The notes under the pieces are model-generated. The model was not told where the DNA came from and made no database searches. It saw nothing but the letters and a program-made list of their open reading frames with translations. The translations under genes and the position numbers were made by a program. From Mobula hypostoma (lineage: Eukaryota), in contig NC_086109.1 in assembly GCF_963921235.1 (NCBI RefSeq), forward strand, positions 7,256,001 to 7,320,000: DNA of 64,000 nucleotides, in the 5' to 3' direction. Below, piece by piece: positions 25,311 through 37,930 of the stretch (position 1 is its first letter; the number at the start of each line of letters is the position of its first letter).

Positions 25311-25839
25311 CTGTGATGTGCTGAGCTGTGTCCACACCTGTGGAGGGAAATGGACAAACTGTATTTCTGGATGAGACCCTTCACTTTGACTACACCGCCA
25401 GTTGAAATAAAGATTCTTGAGCCTAATTGTTGACTGTCTATTTCCCTCCACAGATGTTGCCTGACCCGTTGTGTTCCTTCAGCACTTTGATTCTTGCCTC
25501 TGGTTTATGATGCAGTTGTCCCTTTTCAATGACGGTCAGGTCTCTGATCCCCCTTGAGGTACCTTTGCCAGAAATTAATTTCACAGAATTGATTCGATTG
25601 GATGATCCTTAAGAAAATGGTGCTGTATTGTCGCCAGCTGAGACAGTAAATTCAACCGGTCTTACATTCTTCAGTGACAACTGTGCAGATCTACTGGTCA
25701 GTTAAGGAAGGGAGGGCAAGTGAGAGACCTGATTAGGACTGTCATTTAGCATGCATGAGTATTTATTTGGCTCCTTGTGGCTGTTAGCATCATAGGGTTA
25801 TAAAGTCCTGGAGTACATAAACAGGCCTTTCTTTGCCAA

Positions 25840-25995
25840 TACAAACACGACGAAATCTGCAGATGTTGGAATTTCAAGCAACACACATAAAAGTGCGTTA
25901 GTCCTGACGAAGGTCTCAGCCGAAACGTCGACTGTACCTCTTCCTATAGATGCTGCCTGGCCTGCTGCAATCCACCAGCAACTTTATGTGTGTTG
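25840..25995 (+). mobile_element. 156-bp Penelope-tail mini-element with TSD
   Basis: 13-bp TSD ctttctttgccaa (25827-25839, 25996-26008); internal inverted segments gcaacacacataaa / tttatgtgtgttgc. Confidence 0.8.
25900..25933 (+). ncRNA. Putative minimal type I hammerhead ribozyme
   Basis: AGUC-CUGACGA-A-GG(UCUCAG)CC-GAAA-C-GUC-GACU: stem I AGUC/GACU, CUGANGA and GAAA core, GUC cleavage triplet, palindromic ACGU in place of stem III. Confidence 0.6.
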
Positions 25996-27212
25996 CTTTC
26001 TTTGCCAACTTGGTTTTCTGCCTTAACCTGGACCATATCCCTCCACACCGTTCCCATCCATAAACCTATCCAAACTTCTCTTAAGTGGTACAATTGAACC
26101 CGCATCTGTTGAAAGCTCATTCCACACTCTCACCACCCTCTGAGTGAAGGATATTCCCCTAGTTTTCCCTTAAATAATTCATCTTTCACCCTTAGCCTAT
26201 GATCTGAAGTTCTCATCTCACCCGACTTCTGTGGAAAAAGCCTGCTTGCTTTCACCCTATAATCTTTTTCATAATTTTGAACCCATAAATGATAAAACTT
26301 TCATAACTTTGTATACCTCTATGAGGTCTCCTCTCATTCTCCTGTAAAGTCCTAACTGAGCCAACCTTCCCCTGTAACTCAGGGACTCAAGTATCAGGTA
26401 ATTGTTCTACCATTCAAAGCATCTCAAAGTAACTCAAAGTATCTCAAAGTATCATTCAAAGTAACTCAGGTTCTCAAGTATCAGATAATTGTTCTGCCAT
26501 TCAAAGAGATGGCTGGTCCAATTGTGGCCTCTCTCCGCTTTCCTGTCTGCTTCCCATAACCCTTGACCTCATAACCCAAACTCCTACTTCAATGTTTCAT
26601 TCATCTTCTCGTCTCATCTTGCACAGATTTCCAAGGATTCAGACGGAAGAACTTCCTTCACATCTCCACTCTAAATTGGCAATCCCTTATTCTACAATCA
26701 TCTCTTCTGGTCCAAGATTGACCAAAGAGGGAAATTTTCTTTAACCTGTAGCCTGCTAAACCTATGCTCCATCTTATGCTTCAATAAAACCACTTTTAAT
26801 TCATTAAAACTCCAGAAGAAGTTCCTTAATCATTCCTCATATGATAACTATTTGGATCTGGAATTGAGCTAGTGGTATTATGGGTACCACATTTATAACA
26901 AGTATGTTTCTTCTTATCTCTTTCTCTTGTCAAATTTGGCATCTGTTCTCTAAGCTTCACCAATTTTTATTGAATTACTACAGTTTGGATGCATCACAGA
27001 TTCATATGGCAATTACTCTGCCTAAGACTACAGGAAACAACAGAGTTATGGGCACAACTTTGCTGTCCAAATAATAGACAGTACAAATTAAGAAGAAAAA
27101 TGTGATATTTACCTTTTTTGGATGCAGTGCAAAGGTTGGGAAATCTGTCTACAGGTGTACAGGACCCAGGTGAGACCACACCTGGAGTTCTCTTCATTCA
27201 ACATGGCAAGTT

Positions 27213-27870
27213 GATAAACTGTGGGCACAGCTCAACCTATCACGGAAACTAGCCTCCTCTGCATGGACTCTGTCTACAGCTCTCGCTGCCTTGTTAAAGC
27301 AGACAATCACCCACAAAGACATTCTCTCTTCTCCCCCTCCCATCGAGCAGAAGATACTGTATAAAAGCTTGAAAGCATGTACCACCAGACTCAAGGACAA
27401 CTTCTATCCCACAGAGTATGACAGGATGAATTCTCAACCTCACAGTCTAGCTTGCTTTGATCTTGCACCTTATTGTCTGCCTGCACTGCACTTTCTCTGT
27501 AGCTGTAACACTCTATTCTGCAGTCTGTTATTGTCTGCCCTTCTACTACCCCAGTGCACTGTTGCAATTAAACAACCTGTATGCACAGTCGGCAGAACGT
27601 TTTCAGATTAGATTATGAGGACATTCAGTCCTCGTTTATTGTCATTTAGAAATGCATGCATTAAAAAAGGATACAATGTACCTCCAGTATGATATCACAG
27701 AAACACAAGACAGACCAAGACTAAAACTGATAAAAACCACATAATTATAACATATAGTTACAACAGTGCAAAACAATACCGTAATTTGGTAAGAGCAGAC
27801 CATGGGTACGGTAAAAAAAAACATTTTTTAATACACCTCAGTACGTGTGACAATAATGAACCAATTTACC
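27213..27870 (+). mobile_element. Rex1/Babar 3' fragment containing a truncated 680-bp-family element (27605-27820, minus)
   Basis: YKSLKACTTRLKDNFYP; tail gtgacaataatgaaccaatttaccaa. Confidence 0.7.
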
Positions 27871-28017
27871 AACTTGCCATGTTGAATGAAGAGAAGTCCA
27901 GGTGTGGTCTCACCTGTGCCCTGTACACCTGTAGACAGATTTCTCAACCTTTGTACTGCATCCGAAGAAGGGAAACATCACATTTTCCTTCCTAATTTGT
28001 ACTCTGTCTTTCATTTG

Positions 28018-28395
28018 AGTGGTGTGCGGAGATGTGCCTCTACCAAAGGAGGTGTAAAGCGCTCCTTCCCTCCGCTGGCCTGCAGGTTACCCTTGGGCAA
28101 GGTGTAGCACCTGCTTAGCCCCCCGATCAGGGTCACGTGAAGCCACGGGAGCGGGTGGTGGATGGTCGTATGAGCAGCTGGTGTATATCACAAGTCCTGG
28201 TTATGCGACCACTGATGCCAGGCAGACAATCTCTGAGGAGTATTGATAATGTCTGGGGTCACCCGTCTTGTAAAGACACTGCCCAGATGAAGGGCAATAG
28301 CGAGCCACTTTTGTAGAAAAATTTACCAACAGCAATCATGGTCATGGAAAGACCGTGATCACCCATGTAATACAACACGGCACATAACGAACGAA
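28018..28395 (+). mobile_element. RTE/BovB-like non-autonomous element (family with 4 copies in window)
   Basis: Same sequence on the minus strand at 45903-46432, 58815-59137 and 61257-61629. Confidence 0.75.
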
Positions 28396-28694
28396 TAAAC
28401 ATCTCTCACTATTCTTTGTTACTGGCCTCAGTGTTGTAAAATCGTTGGACCGTAGAACCTCAGACATGTTTGTGTTCAACCACAATAGCTGGGTGATTGA
28501 AGTTCAATTAATGAAAGAAGAATCTGGAATTAAAACCAGCAGACATTATGAATTCTATTATCATGGAATCACTAGACTGTTGTAAACACCCATCAGGATC
28601 ACCAATGCCCTCCAAGAAAGAACATCTGCTGCCCACATCCCTTTGGGATTGCATGTGAGCCACAACAAATTGTGTTGTTGACTCTTAAGGAGCA

Positions 28695-31600
28695 GCAAAA
28701 CATGATGTTGGAGAAACTCAGCAGGTCAGGCAGCATCTGTGGAGGGGAATGGACAGTCAAATTTTCATGCTGAGATTCTTATTTATTTGAACTGAAATAC
28801 AGAGGGGATATAGCCAGTAGGAAGGGTTGGAGCAAGAGCTGGCAGGTGTTAGGCAGATCCAGGTAAGGAGGAGTGATAGACAAATGGAGGAGGGAAGAGT
28901 GGGAATAGTGATACAGGTTGGGAAGTGATGGTGGAGGTGACCAAGAACTCCAGATGGTGGGATTTGATAAGAGGGGAAGGTGGAGTGTGGAATCAAGTGA
29001 GGGAGGTGGAGAAGGTGGATGAAAGGAGGAATCCCAGTGGGAGGAGTGTGTGGGTGACGGACAGCTGGGAACAGTGGGGGGAGGGGACCCGGTGGGAGGA
29101 GTGTGTGGGTGACGGACAGCTGGGAACAGTGGGGGGAGGGGACCCGGTGGGAGGAGTGTGTGGGTGACGGACAGCTGGGAACAGTGGGGGGAGGGGACCC
29201 GGTGGGAGGAGTGTGTGGGTGACGGACAGATGGGAACAGTGGGGGGGAGGGGACCCGGTGGGAGGAGTGTGTGGGTGACGGACAGATGGGAACAGTGGGG
29301 GGAGGGGACCCGGTGGGAGGAGTGTGGGGGTGACGGACAGCTGGGAACAGTGGGGGGAGGGGACCCGGTGGGAGGAGTGTGTGGGTGACGGACAGATGGG
29401 AACAGTGGGGGGGAGGGGACCCAGTGGGAGGGGTGTGGGTGATGGACAGATAGGAACAGTTGGGGGAGGGGACCCAGTGGGAGGAGTGTGTGGGTGACGG
29501 ACAGATGGGAACAGTGGGGGGAGGGGACCCAGTGGGAGGTGTGTGTGTGTGATGGACAGATGGGAACAGTGGGGGAGGGGACCCAGTGGGAGGAGTGTGT
29601 GGGTGACGGACAGGTGGGAACAGTGGGGGGAGGGGACCCGGTGGGAGGAGTGTGTGGGTGACGGACAGCTGGGAACAGTGGGGGGAGGGGACCCGGTGGG
29701 AGGAGTGTGTGGGTGACGGACAGGTGGGAACAGTGGGGGGAGGGGACCCGGTGGGAGGAGTGTGTGGGTGACGGACAGCTGGGAACAGTGGGGGGAGGGG
29801 ACCCGGTGGGAGGAGTGTGTGGGTGACGGACAGATGGGAACAGTGGGGGGAGGGGACCCGGTGGGAGGAGTGTGTGGGTGACGGACAGCTGGGAACAGTG
29901 GGGGGAGGGGACCCAGTGGGAGGAGTGTGTGGGTGACGGACAGATGGGAACAGTGGGGGGAGGGGACCCGGTGGGAGGAGGTGGGGGTGACGGACAGCTG
30001 GGAACAGTGGGGGGAGGGGACCCGGTGGGAGGAGTGTGTGGGTGACGGACAGATGGGAACAGTGGGGGGGAGGGGACCCGGTGGGAGGAGTGTGTGGGTG
30101 ACGGACAGATGGGAACAGTGGGGGGGAGGGGACCCGGTGGGAGGAGTGTGTGGGTGACGGACAGATGGGAACAGTGGGGGGAGGGGACCCGGTGGGAGGA
30201 GTGTGGGGGTGACGGACAGCTGGGAACAGTGGGGGGAGGGGACCCGGTGGGAGGAGTGTGTGGGTGATGGACAGGTGGGAACAGTGGGGGGAGGGGACCC
30301 GGTGGGAGGAGTGTGTGGGTGACGGACAGATGGGAACAGTGGGAGGGAGGGGACCCGGTGGGAGGAGGGGGTGTGTGGGTGACGGACAGATGGGAACAGT
30401 GGGGGGAGGGGACCCGGTGGGAGGAGTGTGTGGGTGACGGACAGCTGGGAACAGTGGGGGGAGGGGACCCGGTGGGAGGAGTGTGTGGGTGACGGACAGC
30501 TGGGAACAGTGGGGGGAGGGGACCCGGTGGGAGGAGTGTGTGGGTGACGGACAGCTGGGAACAGTGGGGGGAGGGGACCCGGTGGGAGGAGTGTGTGGGT
30601 GACGGACAGCTGGGAACAGTGGGGGGAGGGGACCCAGTGGGAGGAGTGTGTGGGTGACGGACAGATGGGAACAGTGGGGGGAGGGGACCCGGTGGGAGGA
30701 GGTGGGGGTGACGGACAGCTGGGAACAGTGGGGGGAGGGGACCCGGTGGGAGGAGTGTGTGGGTGACGGACAGATGGGAACAGTGGGGGGGAGGGGACCC
30801 GGTGGGAGGAGTGTGTGGGTGACGGACAGATGGGAACAGTGGGGGGGAGGGGACCCGGTGGGAGGAGTGTGTGGGTGACGGACAGATGGGAACAGTGGGG
30901 GGAGGGGACCCGGTGGGAGGAGTGTGGGGGTGACGGACAGCTGGGAACAGTGGGGGGAGGGGACCCGGTGGGAGGAGTGTGTGGGTGATGGACAGGTGGG
31001 AACAGTGGGGGGAGGGGACCCGGTGGGAGGAGTGTGTGGGTGACGGACAGATGGGAACAGTGGGAGGGAGGGGACCCGGTGGGAGGAGTGTGTGGGTGAC
31101 GGACAGATGGGAACAGTGGGGGGAGGGGACCCGGTGGGAGGAGTGTGTGGGTGACGGACAGCTGGGAACAGTGGGGGGAGGGGACCCGGTGGGAGGAGTG
31201 TGTGGGTGACGGACAGCTGGGAACAGTGGGGGGAGGGGACCCGGTGGGAGGAGTGTGTGGGTGACGGACAGCTGGGAACAGTGGGGGGAGGGGACCCGGT
31301 GGGAGGAGTGTGTGGGTGACGGACAGGTGGGAACAGTGGGGGGAGGGGACCCGGTGGGAGGAGTGTGTGGGTGACGGACAGCTGGGAACAGTGGGGGGAG
31401 TGTGTGGTGATGGACAGCTGGGAACTGTGGGGGGAGGGGACCCGGTGGGAGGAGTGTGTGGGTGACGGACAGCTGGGAACAGTGGGGGGAGGGGACCCGG
31501 TGGGAGGAGTGTGTGGGTGACGGACAGCTGGGAACAGTGGGGGGAGGGGACCCGGTGGGAGGAGTGTGTGGGTGACGGACAGCTGGGAACAGTGGGGGGA

Positions 31601-34600
31601 GGGGACCCGGTGGGAGGAGTGTGTGGGTGACGGACAGATGGGAACAGTGGGTGGAGGGGACCCGGTGGGAGGAGTGTGTGGGTGACGGACAGCTGGGAAC
31701 AGTGGGGGGAGGGGACCCGGTAGGAGGAGTGTGTGGGAGACTGACAGCTGGGAACAGTGGGGGGAGGGGACCCGGTGGGAGGAGTGTGTGGGTGACGGAC
31801 AGCTGGGAACAGTGGGGGGAGGGGACCCGGTGGGAGGAGTGTGTGGGTGACGGACAGGTGGGAACAGTGGGGGGAGGGGACCCGGTGGGAGGAGTGTGGG
31901 GGTGACGGACAGGTGGGAACAGTGGGGGGAGGGGACCCGGTGGGAGGAGTGTGTGGGTGACGGACAGCTGGGAACAGTGGGGGGAGGGGACCCGGTGGGA
32001 GGAGTGTGTGGGTGACGGACAGCTGGGAACAGTGGGGGGAGGGGACCCGGTGGGAGGAGTGTGTGGGTGACGGACAGATGGGAACAGTGGGGGGAGGGGA
32101 CCCGGTGGGAGGAGTGTGTGGGTGACGGACAGCTGGGAACAGTGGGGGGAGGGGACCCGGTAGGAGGAGTGTGTGGGTGACGGACAGCTGGGAACAGTGG
32201 GGGGAGGGGACCCTGTGGGAGGAGTGTGGGGGTGACGGACAGGTGGGAACAGTGGGGGGAGGGGACCCGGTGGGAGGAGTGTGGGGGTGACGGACAGATG
32301 GGAACAGTGGGGGGAGGGGACCCGGTGGGAGGAGTGTGTGGGTGACGGACAGCTGGGAACAGTGGGGGGAGGGGACCCGGTGGGAGGAGTGTGTGGGTGA
32401 CGGACAGCTGGGAACAGTGGGGGGAGGGGACCCGGTGGGAGGAGTGTGTGGGTGACGGACAGCTGGGAACAGTGGGGGGAGGGGACCCGGTGGGAGGAGT
32501 GTGTGGGTGACGGACAGCTGGGAACAGTGGGGGGAGGGGACCCGGTGGGAGGAGTGTGTGGGTGACGGACAGGTGGGAACAGTGGGGGGAGGGGACCCGG
32601 TGGGAGGAGTGTGTGGGTGACGGACAGGTGGGAACAGTGGGGGGAGGGGACCCGGTGGGAGGAGTGTGTGGGTGATGGACAGATGGGAACAGTGGGGGGA
32701 GGGGACCCAGTGGGAGGAGTGTGTGGATGACGGACAGATGGGAACAGTGGGGGGGAGGGGACCCGGTGGGAGGAGTGTGTGGGTGACGGACAGATGGGAA
32801 CAGTGGGGGGAGGGGACCCGGTGGGAGGAGTGTGTGGGTGACGGACAGCTGGGAACAGTGGGGGGAGGGGACCCGGTGGGAGGAGTGTGTGGGTGACGGA
32901 CAGCTGGGAACAGTGGGGGGAGGGGACCCGGTGGGAGGAGTGTGTGGGTGACGGACAGCTGGGAACAGTGGGGGGAGGGGACCCGGTGGGAGGAGTGTGT
33001 GGGTGACGGACAGGTGGGAAAAGTGGGGGGAGGGGACCCGGTGGGAGGAGTGTGTGGGTGACGGACAGGTGGGAACAGTGGGGGGAGGGGACCCGGTGGG
33101 AGGAGTGTGTGGGTGACGGACAGCTGGGAACAGTGGGGGGAGTGTGTGGTGATGGACAGCTGGGAACTGTGGGGGGAGGGGACCCGGTGGGAGGAGTGTG
33201 TGGGTGACGGACAGCTGGGAACTGTGGGGGGAGGGGACCCGGTGGGAGGAGTGTGTGGGTGACGGACAGCTGGGAACAGTGGGGGGAGGGGACCCGGTGG
33301 GAGGAGTGTGTGGGTGACGGACAGCTGGGAACAGTGGGGGGAGGGGACCCGGTGGGAGGAGTGTGTGGGTGACGGACAGATGGGAACAGTGGGGGGAGGG
33401 GACCCGGTGGGAGGAGTGTGTGGGTGACGGACAGCTGGGAACAGTGGGGGGAGGGGACCCGGTAGGAGGAGTGTGTGGGAGACTGACAGCTGGGAACAGT
33501 GGGGGGAGGGGACCCGGTGGGAGGAGTGTGTGGGTGACGGACAGCTGGGAACAGTGGGGGGAGGGGACCCGGTGGGAGGAGTGTGTGGGTGACGGACAGC
33601 TGGGAACAGTGGGGGGAGGGGACCCAGTGGGAGGAGTGTGGGGGTGACGGACAGGTGGGAACAGTGGGGGGAGGGGACCCAGTGGGAGGAGTGTGGGGGT
33701 GACGGACAGATGGGAACAGTGGGGGGAGGGGACCCGGTGGGAGGAGTGTGTGGGTGACGGACAGCTGGGAACAGTGGGGGGAGGGGACCCGGTGGGAGGA
33801 GTGTGTGGGTGACGGACAGCTGGGAACAGTGGGGGTGGGGACCCAGTGGGAGGAGTGTGGGGGTGACGGACAGGTGGGAACAGTGGGGGGAGGGGACCCA
33901 GTGGGAGGAGTGTGGGGGTGACGGACAGATGGGAACAGTGGGGGGAGGGGACCCGGTGGGAGGAGTGTGTGGGTGACGGACAGCTGGGAACAGTGGGGGG
34001 AGGGGACCCGGTGGGAGGAGTGTGTGGGTGACGGACAGCTGGGAACAGTGGGGGGAGGGGACCCAGTGGGAGGAGTGTGGGGGTGACGGACAGGTGGGAA
34101 CAGTGGGGGGAGGGGACCCGGTGGGAGGAGTATGGGGGTGACGGACAGATGGGAACAGTGGGGGGAGGGGACCCGGTGGGAGGAGTGTGTGGGTGACGGA
34201 CAGCTGGGAACAGTGGGGGGAGGGGACCCGGTGGGAGGAGTGTGTGGGTGACGGACAGCTGGGAACAGTGGGGGGAGGGGACCCGGTGGGAGGAGTGTGT
34301 GGGTGACGGACAGCTGGGAACAGTGGGGGGAGGGGACCCGGTGGGAGGAGTGTGTGGGTGACGGACAGCTGGGAACAGTGGGGGGAGGGGACCCGGTGGG
34401 AGGAGTGTGTGGGTGACGGACAGGTGGGAACAGTGGGGGGAGGGGACCCGGTGGGAGGAGTGTGTGGGTGACGGACAGGTGGGAACAGTGGGGGGAGGGG
34501 ACCCGGTGGGAGGAGTGTGTGGGTGATGGACAGATGGGAACAGTGGGGGGAGGGGACCCAGTGGGAGGAGTGTGTGGATGACGGACAGATGGGAACAGTG

Positions 34601-36400
34601 GGGGGAGGGGACCCGGTGGGAGGAGTGTGTGGGTGACGGACAGATGGGAACAGTGGGGGGAGGGGACCCGGTGGGAGGAGTGTGTGGGTGACGGACAGCT
34701 GGGAACAGTGGGGGGAGGGGACCCGGTGGGAGGAGTGTGTGGGTGACGGACAGCTGGGAACAGTGGGGGGAGGGGACCCGGTGGGAGGAGTGTGTGGGTG
34801 ACGGACAGCTGGGAACAGTGGGGGGAGGGGACCCGGTGGGAGGAGTGTGTGGGTGACGGACAGGTGGGAAAAGTGGGGGGAGGGGACCCGGTGGGAGGAG
34901 TGTGTGGGTGACGGACAGGTGGGAACAGTGGGGGGAGGGGACCCGGTGGGAGGAGTGTGTGGGTGACGGACAGCTGGGAACAGTGGGGGGAGTGTGTGGT
35001 GATGGACAGCTGGGAACTGTGGGGGGAGGGGACCCGGTGGGAGGAGTGTGTGGGTGACGGACAGCTGGGAACTGTGGGGGGAGGGGACCCGGTGGGAGGA
35101 GTGTGTGGGTGACGGACAGCTGGGAACAGTGGGGGGAGGGGACCCGGTGGGAGGAGTGTGTGGGTGACGGACAGCTGGGAACAGTGGGGGGAGGGGACCC
35201 GGTGGGAGGAGTGTGTGGGTGACGGACAGATGGGAACAGTGGGGGGAGGGGACCCGGTGGGAGGAGTGTGTGGGTGACGGACAGCTGGGAACAGTGGGGG
35301 GAGGGGACCCGGTAGGAGGAGTGTGTGGGAGACTGACAGCTGGGAACAGTGGGGGGAGGGGACCCGGTGGGAGGAGTGTGTGGGTGACGGACAGCTGGGA
35401 ACAGTGGGGGGAGGGGACCCGGTGGGAGGAGTGTGTGGGTGACGGACAGCTGGGAACAGTGGGGGGAGGGGACCCAGTGGGAGGAGTGTGGGGGTGACGG
35501 ACAGGTGGGAACAGTGGGGGGAGGGGACCCAGTGGGAGGAGTGTGGGGGTGACGGACAGATGGGAACAGTGGGGGGAGGGGACCCGGTGGGAGGAGTGTG
35601 TGGGTGACGGACAGCTGGGAACAGTGGGGGGAGGGGACCCGGTGGGAGGAGTGTGTGGGTGACGGACAGCTGGGAACAGTGGGGGGAGGGGACCCAGTGG
35701 GAGGAGTATGGGGGTGACGGACAGGTGGGAACAGTGGGGGGAGGGGACCCAGTGGGAGGAGTGTGGGGGTGACGGACAGATGGGAACAGTGGGGGGAAGG
35801 GACCCAGTGGGAGGAGTGTGTGGGTGATGGACAGCTGGGAACAGTGGGGGGAGGGGACCCGGTGGGAGGAGTGTGGGGGTGACGGACAGCTGGGAACAGT
35901 GGGGGGAGGGGACCCAGTGGGAGGAGTATGGGGGTGACGGACAGGTGGGAACAGTGGGGGGAGGGGACCCAGTGGGAGGAGTGTGGGGGTGACGGACAGA
36001 TGGGAACAGTGGGGGGAAGGGACCCAGTGGGAGGAGTGTGTGGGTGATGGACAGATGAAATGGGTGGATGAGGGGAGAGAAACAGGGTGATGGGGCTGAG
36101 GTGTGTGCAGAAAGAACTGGGTAGATCAGGAGGAGAGAGAAAAGAGGACAGAGGGGAAGCAGTGACCAGAAGATGAAGAACTCAGTGTTCATGCTGTGGA
36201 GCTGTAGATGATCCAGGTGAATATAAGGTACTGTTTCTTGTTTAGCCTCAACCTGGCAGTGGGGGAGGCCAAGGAGAGATGGGTTGGTGTCGGAATGGGG
36301 AAGGAAATTGAAATCAGTGCTACCTGGAGCTCCAGACAGCCTCGGCAGATGGAGTGAAGATGTTTGGTGAAGCTGTAGTTAGGGATAATAAGGAATGGTA
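28695..36400 (-). mobile_element. Penelope-like element 3' part hosting the minisatellite
   Basis: 36190-36400 minus encodes a GIY-YIG-like C-terminus (FTKHLHSIC...KKQYLIF...MNTEF); 28695-28790 is the Penelope terminal motif (actcagcaggtcaggcagcatctgtgga). Confidence 0.7.
29030..36057. repeat. 55-bp G-rich minisatellite, ~7.0 kb (roughly 125-130 units)
   Basis: Unit GGGGACCCGGTGGGAGGAGTGTGTGGGTGACGGACAGCTGGGAACAGTGGGGGGA; period of 55 measured between 29082, 29137 and 29192. Confidence 0.98.
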
Positions 36401-36574
36401 GTAAATACTGGCATGGATGGATAACTGGGGGAATAAGAGACATCTTGATCTCCTGGTTAATAGTACCCACACACTGGCCAGCCTGACTCTTACCAACACA
36501 GAGATTCTCAAATCACATCAACCTTTATGGTCAAAGCTCATCCCTATAGGCAGCAGATACTGCTCTCTGAACAT

Positions 36575-37220
36575 TGAACAAGAACAGTGACATAATGTTG
36601 CAGCTCTGGTGAGATCACTCTTGGGGTATTGTGATCAGTTCTGGTCGCCTCATTATAGGAAGGATGTGGAAGCTTTAGAAAGGATGCAGGAGAGATTTAC
36701 CAGGATGCTGCCTGGATTAGAGAGCTGTTTTACGAGAATAGATTGAGTGAGCTAGGGCGTTCCTCTTCAGAGCAAAGGAAGATGAGAGGTGTCTTGATAG
36801 AGGTGTCCAAGATGATAAGAGGAACAGATAGAGTGGAGAGTCAGAGGCTTTTTCCTCAGGGCAAAATGGCTAATACGAGAAGGCATAATTCTAAGGTGAC
36901 TGGAGAAAGCATAGGGGAGTTGTCGGAGGCAACACTCTCAAAATGCTGGAGGAACTTAGCAGCCAGGCAGCATCTATGGAAAAGAGTAAACAGTCAACGT
37001 TATGGGCCGAGGCCCTTCATCAGGTCAGAGGTATGTCCTTACACAGAGAGTGGGGGGTACAGGGGTGCTGGTAGAGGCAGATACATCAGGGATATTTAAG
37101 AGACAAATAGATTGGCACAATTATGTTAGAAAACTGGAGGGATATGTGGGAGGAAATGGTCAGATTGACCTTGGAGCAGGTTAAATGTGGACTGAAGGCC
37201 TGTGCTATGTTCTATGTTGT
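36575..37220 (+). mobile_element. CR1 3' fragment with Penelope-tail insertion (36930-37023)
   Basis: CR1 motifs; insertion flanked by gtcggagg / gtcagagg and carrying a degenerate hammerhead on the minus strand. Confidence 0.75.
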
Positions 37221-37454
37221 ATTGGACCACAGCCTCAGAATCTTAAGAGTTGTTTGCTTTGTCCTGGAATATGGCCTTGGGCTGACACAACGGTCTGGCC
37301 AATAGAGCTGTTGGGTCACAGCTCCAAGAATGTGGCTTCGATCCTGGCCTTCGGTGCTGACTGAGAGGAGTCAACACGTTCTAACTGTGACTGCATGCAT
37401 TTCCCCCAGGTGCTTTTGTTTCCACCCACATCCCAAAGACTTCAGGTTAGTGTA

Positions 37455-37930
37455 GCCACTGATGGAGCCTTGGCTGAGATATTTTAGATGCTTGTTAATG
37501 CTGGGTGAGATACCAGGAGACTGGAAGTTGGGTAATGTTGTGCCTTTATTGAAGAAGAGCAGCAGGGATCAGCCTGGGAGCTACAATGTGCTGAGACTTA
37601 CATCAACGGTGGGGACGTTATCGGAGAGGTTTCTGACAGACAGGATCTATGAGCATTTGGAAAGGTTAGGATTGCATGGGGATAGTCGGTATGACTTTGT
37701 GCTCGAGGAATTGTGTCTCACAATCCAAATGAGATTTTTGAAGAGGTGACCAAAATATGGACAAGGATAAGGGTAGATATTGTCTACATGGACTTTATTG
37801 TGGTCTATGACTAGGTTCCACATGGTAGTCTGGTCCAGAAGGTTAGATGGAATGGGATCTAGGATGAATAAGCAAACTGGATACAAATTGGCTTTGGTGG
37901 AAGGAGTCCGAGGAAGATAGTGAAGGTTGC
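37455..37930 (+). mobile_element. CR1 RT N-terminal fragment
   Basis: GEIPGDWKLGNVVPLLKKSSRDQPGSY..LRLTSTVG. Confidence 0.8.

Noticed and set aside
29030..36057. CRISPR-like array
   Set aside because: Head-to-tail tandem units with no unique spacers, eukaryotic context, no cas genes.
28993..36192. 2399-aa Pro/His/Ser/Thr-rich ORF (mucin- or extensin-like)
   Set aside because: Artefact of the 55-bp unit: the C-rich strand lacks stops in all frames, the peptide cycles through all three frames every 55 aa and tolerates 1-nt indels, and its MNTEF start is the end of a Penelope ORF.
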